17,707 bases of DNA from Nitrospirota bacterium. GTDB taxonomy: Bacteria > Nitrospirota > UBA9217. Position 1 is the first letter of the stretch. Each line of letters opens with the position of its first letter. The notes below the pieces were generated by a model. That model did not search any database and was not told the origin of the DNA. It saw nothing but the letters and a program-made list of their open reading frames with translations. Shown one piece after another: positions 16,270 through 17,707 of the stretch. The DNA lies in NCBI GenBank assembly GCA_963845065.1, contig CAWJQQ010000004.1, positions 1 to 17,707 on the forward strand, read 5' to 3'. The translations under genes and the position numbers were made by a program.

Positions 16270-16275
16270 AAGGGC

Positions 16276-16304
16276 TTGACATGTGTAGGCAACTGGTATA
16301 TAGT
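16276..16304 (+). promoter_or_regulatory. Near-consensus sigma70 promoter for xre-int, probably leaderless
   Basis: TTGACA (16276-16281)-N17-TATAGT (16299-16304). ATG 16311 lies at the expected +1, with no SD. Confidence 0.75.
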
Positions 16305-16310
16305 AACGCA

Positions 16311-16514
16311 ATGAAACCTAAAGACCTAAAAGCGTGGCGGTCAGATAACGGGTATAGTCAAAGTCAACTTGCCCGCGTCCTAGGTGTTGATACCATGACT
16401 GTTAGCCGATGGGAAACAGGTCTTCGTGAACCGGCTCCATACCTGCATCTTGCCCTTGCACACCTTGAGTGCATAGCGGCGAAGAATAAGAAGCCGAAAC
16501 GCCGTCAGGGGTAA
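16311..16514 (+). CDS. XRE/Cro-C1 HTH transcriptional regulator (67 aa)
   Basis: MKPKDLKAWRSDNGYSQSQLARVLGVDTMTVSRWETGLREP. Confidence 0.88.
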   Translation: MKPKDLKAWRSDNGYSQSQLARVLGVDTMTVSRWETGLREPAPYLHLALAHLECIAAKNKKPKRRQG

Positions 16515-16528
16515 GGAGGTGAGCGGAA

Positions 16529-17707
16529 TTGGGGACGATATACAAAAGAGGCGGTGTATACTGGATTAAGTATTCTCGTAAAGGAAAGCCGTATTTTGAA
16601 AGTGCGAAGTCAGGGAAAGAGGCCGATGCAAAAAGGCTCCTAAAAATCCGGGAAGGGAATATTGCAGAGGGCAAGTTTCAAGGCTTGAACGTCGAGCGTA
16701 TAACCTTTGATGAGCTTGCAGAGGACTTTTTATCCGACTATAGAGTTAATGAGAAGAAATCGATCGTTCACGCCGAGAGATATGTCAAGTATCTTGGGAA
16801 GTCTTTCAGTGCGTGCAAGGCTGTTGACATTACCACGGATAAGGTTCACAGGCATATTCTCAAGAGACAGAAAGCCGAGGCAGAAAACGCAACGATCAAC
16901 AGAGAGCTTGCAGCATTAAAGCGTATGTTCTCTTTAGGTGCGCGGCATACCCCGCCAAAGGTCATTCAACGGCCATATATCCCGAAGCTGAAAGAGAACA
17001 ACGTCCGCACTGGATACTTTGAGCATGCGCAATACCTGAAGCTCCTTGCTGCCTTGCCTGACTACCTGAAACCCGTCTTAACAATGGGGTATCACACAGG
17101 GATGAGGAAAGAGGAAATCTTATCCTTAACCTGGGATAAGGTGAACTTGACCGAGGGCAAAATTACACTAAGCGCCGGGACTACGAAGAACGAGGAAGCG
17201 CGAATAATCTATCTTTCAGGTGAACTTTACCAGGCGATTTATAGACAGAATGAAATCAGGGAGCGGGATTGTCCTGATTGCCCGTATGTATTCTTCTTAA
17301 AAGGCGTGAAGCTGTCAGACTTCAGATCATCATGGCAAAGCGCCTGCAAGGTAGCAGAAATACCGGGAAAACTCGTACATGACCTCAGAAGGACAGCAGT
17401 TAGGAACATGATACGGGCAGGGGTGCCTGAAAGAGTAGCTATGAAAATATCAGGGCATAAGACGCGCTCAGTATTCGACCGGTATAACATCGTGAACGAG
17501 GCGGACTTGAAGACTGCATCGGAAAAGGTCACGCAGTTTCACAATGAAGCAGCGGCGCGGCTTACGAGTGACGACAGCTACAAAACGGTTACAAAAACAG
17601 TTACAGTGGCAGAATCAGGAAGGGAACTGGAAGGGATTAATAACTCTAACTCACTGATTTGTGGTGCCGCTGACCGGAATCGAACCGGTACGACAGTTGC
17701 CCGTCGA
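16529..17707 (+). CDS. int: Tyrosine recombinase/phage integrase, open to the window end
   Basis: Translated by hand. TAAGGAGGT SD (16512-16520), TTG 16529, [15 protein letters not shown] (arm-binding), [19 protein letters not shown]193KEEIL, TTKN, H284DLR287R, SGH310KTRSVFDRY319NIV. 393 codons with no stop. Confidence 0.95.
   Translation, partial: MGTIYKRGGVYWIKYSRKGKPYFESAKSGKEADAKRLLKIREGNIAEGKFQGLNVERITFDELAEDFLSDYRVNEKKSIVHAERYVKYLGKSFSACKAVDITTDKVHRHILKRQKAEAENATINRELAALKRMFSLGARHTPPKVIQRPYIPKLKENNVRTGYFEHAQYLKLLAALPDYLKPVLTMGYHTGMRKEEILSLTWDKVNLTEGKITLSAGTTKNEEARIIYLSGELYQAIYRQNEIRERDCPDCPYVFFLKGVKLSDFRSSWQSACKVAEIPGKLVHDLRRTAVRNMIRAGVPERVAMKISGHKTRSVFDRYNIVNEADLKTASEKVTQFHNEAAARLTSDDSYKTVTKTVTVAESGRELEGINNSNSLICGAADRNRTGTTVARR
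17577..17606 (+). repeat. Integrase arm-type binding repeats, right arm, inside the int ORF
   Basis: GCTACAA (17577), GTTACAA (17588) and GTTACAG (17600). Confidence 0.7.
17662..17707 (-). tRNA. tRNA-Leu, 3' part (5' end outside the window; anticodon TAA inferred from the att copy)
   Basis: Minus strand: long variable arm CGACGG-GCAA-CTGTCG, T arm ACCGG-TTCGATT-CCGGT, acceptor strand CAGCGGC, discriminator A, CCA. Confidence 0.88.

Larger units (their letters stand above)
11576..17707 (+). mobile_element. tRNA-Leu-integrated phage-satellite-like element (predicted excised circle 6086 bp)
   Basis: Direct att repeats starting at 11576 and 17662. Tyrosine integrase, Xis-like, XRE, primase and TerS-like HTH genes are all on +. 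No capsid, tail or conjugation genes. Confidence 0.88.

Noticed and set aside
16402..17532. Short ORFs 16402..16674(-), 16707..16919(+) and 17239..17532(-)
   Set aside because: Shadows of the uninterrupted integrase frame starting at 16529.

Overview
Bacterial window, probably from an anaerobe (inferred from the C1 genes), with three zones. (1) 38-3327: a C1/methyl-transfer cluster with a frameshifted ABM-type gene, a decayed Rdx (SelW/SelT/SelH-like) gene retaining a SECIS-like hairpin, an MtaA/CmuA-family methyltransferase and a fused MetF-MetV methylene-THF reductase. (2) ~3330-11575: a patchy accessory region. It holds an exported DUF4384-type protein and a lipoprotein TPR-CHAT protease bracketed by a 31-nt direct repeat, an IS5-family element with a frameshifted transposase, and a damaged ArsR-SRPBCC-DHFR/RibD-C operon with an 18-bp-arm operator. 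(3) 11576->17707: an apparently intact 6086-bp phage-satellite-like element integrated in a minus-strand tRNA-Leu(TAA). It carries a PDZ/CsgG-like lipoprotein cargo, a candidate c4-like RNA, a primase-Zn finger-DUF1376-like fusion followed by iterons, a TerS-like HTH, Xis, an XRE repressor and a tyrosine integrase. The integrase is missing from the ORF track because it has no stop in the window. It reads through the att site, so integration or excision swaps its C-terminus. Arm-site geometry left of 11576 suggests an older island in tandem at the same tRNA. Family calls are from motif recognition by eye, not database searches.
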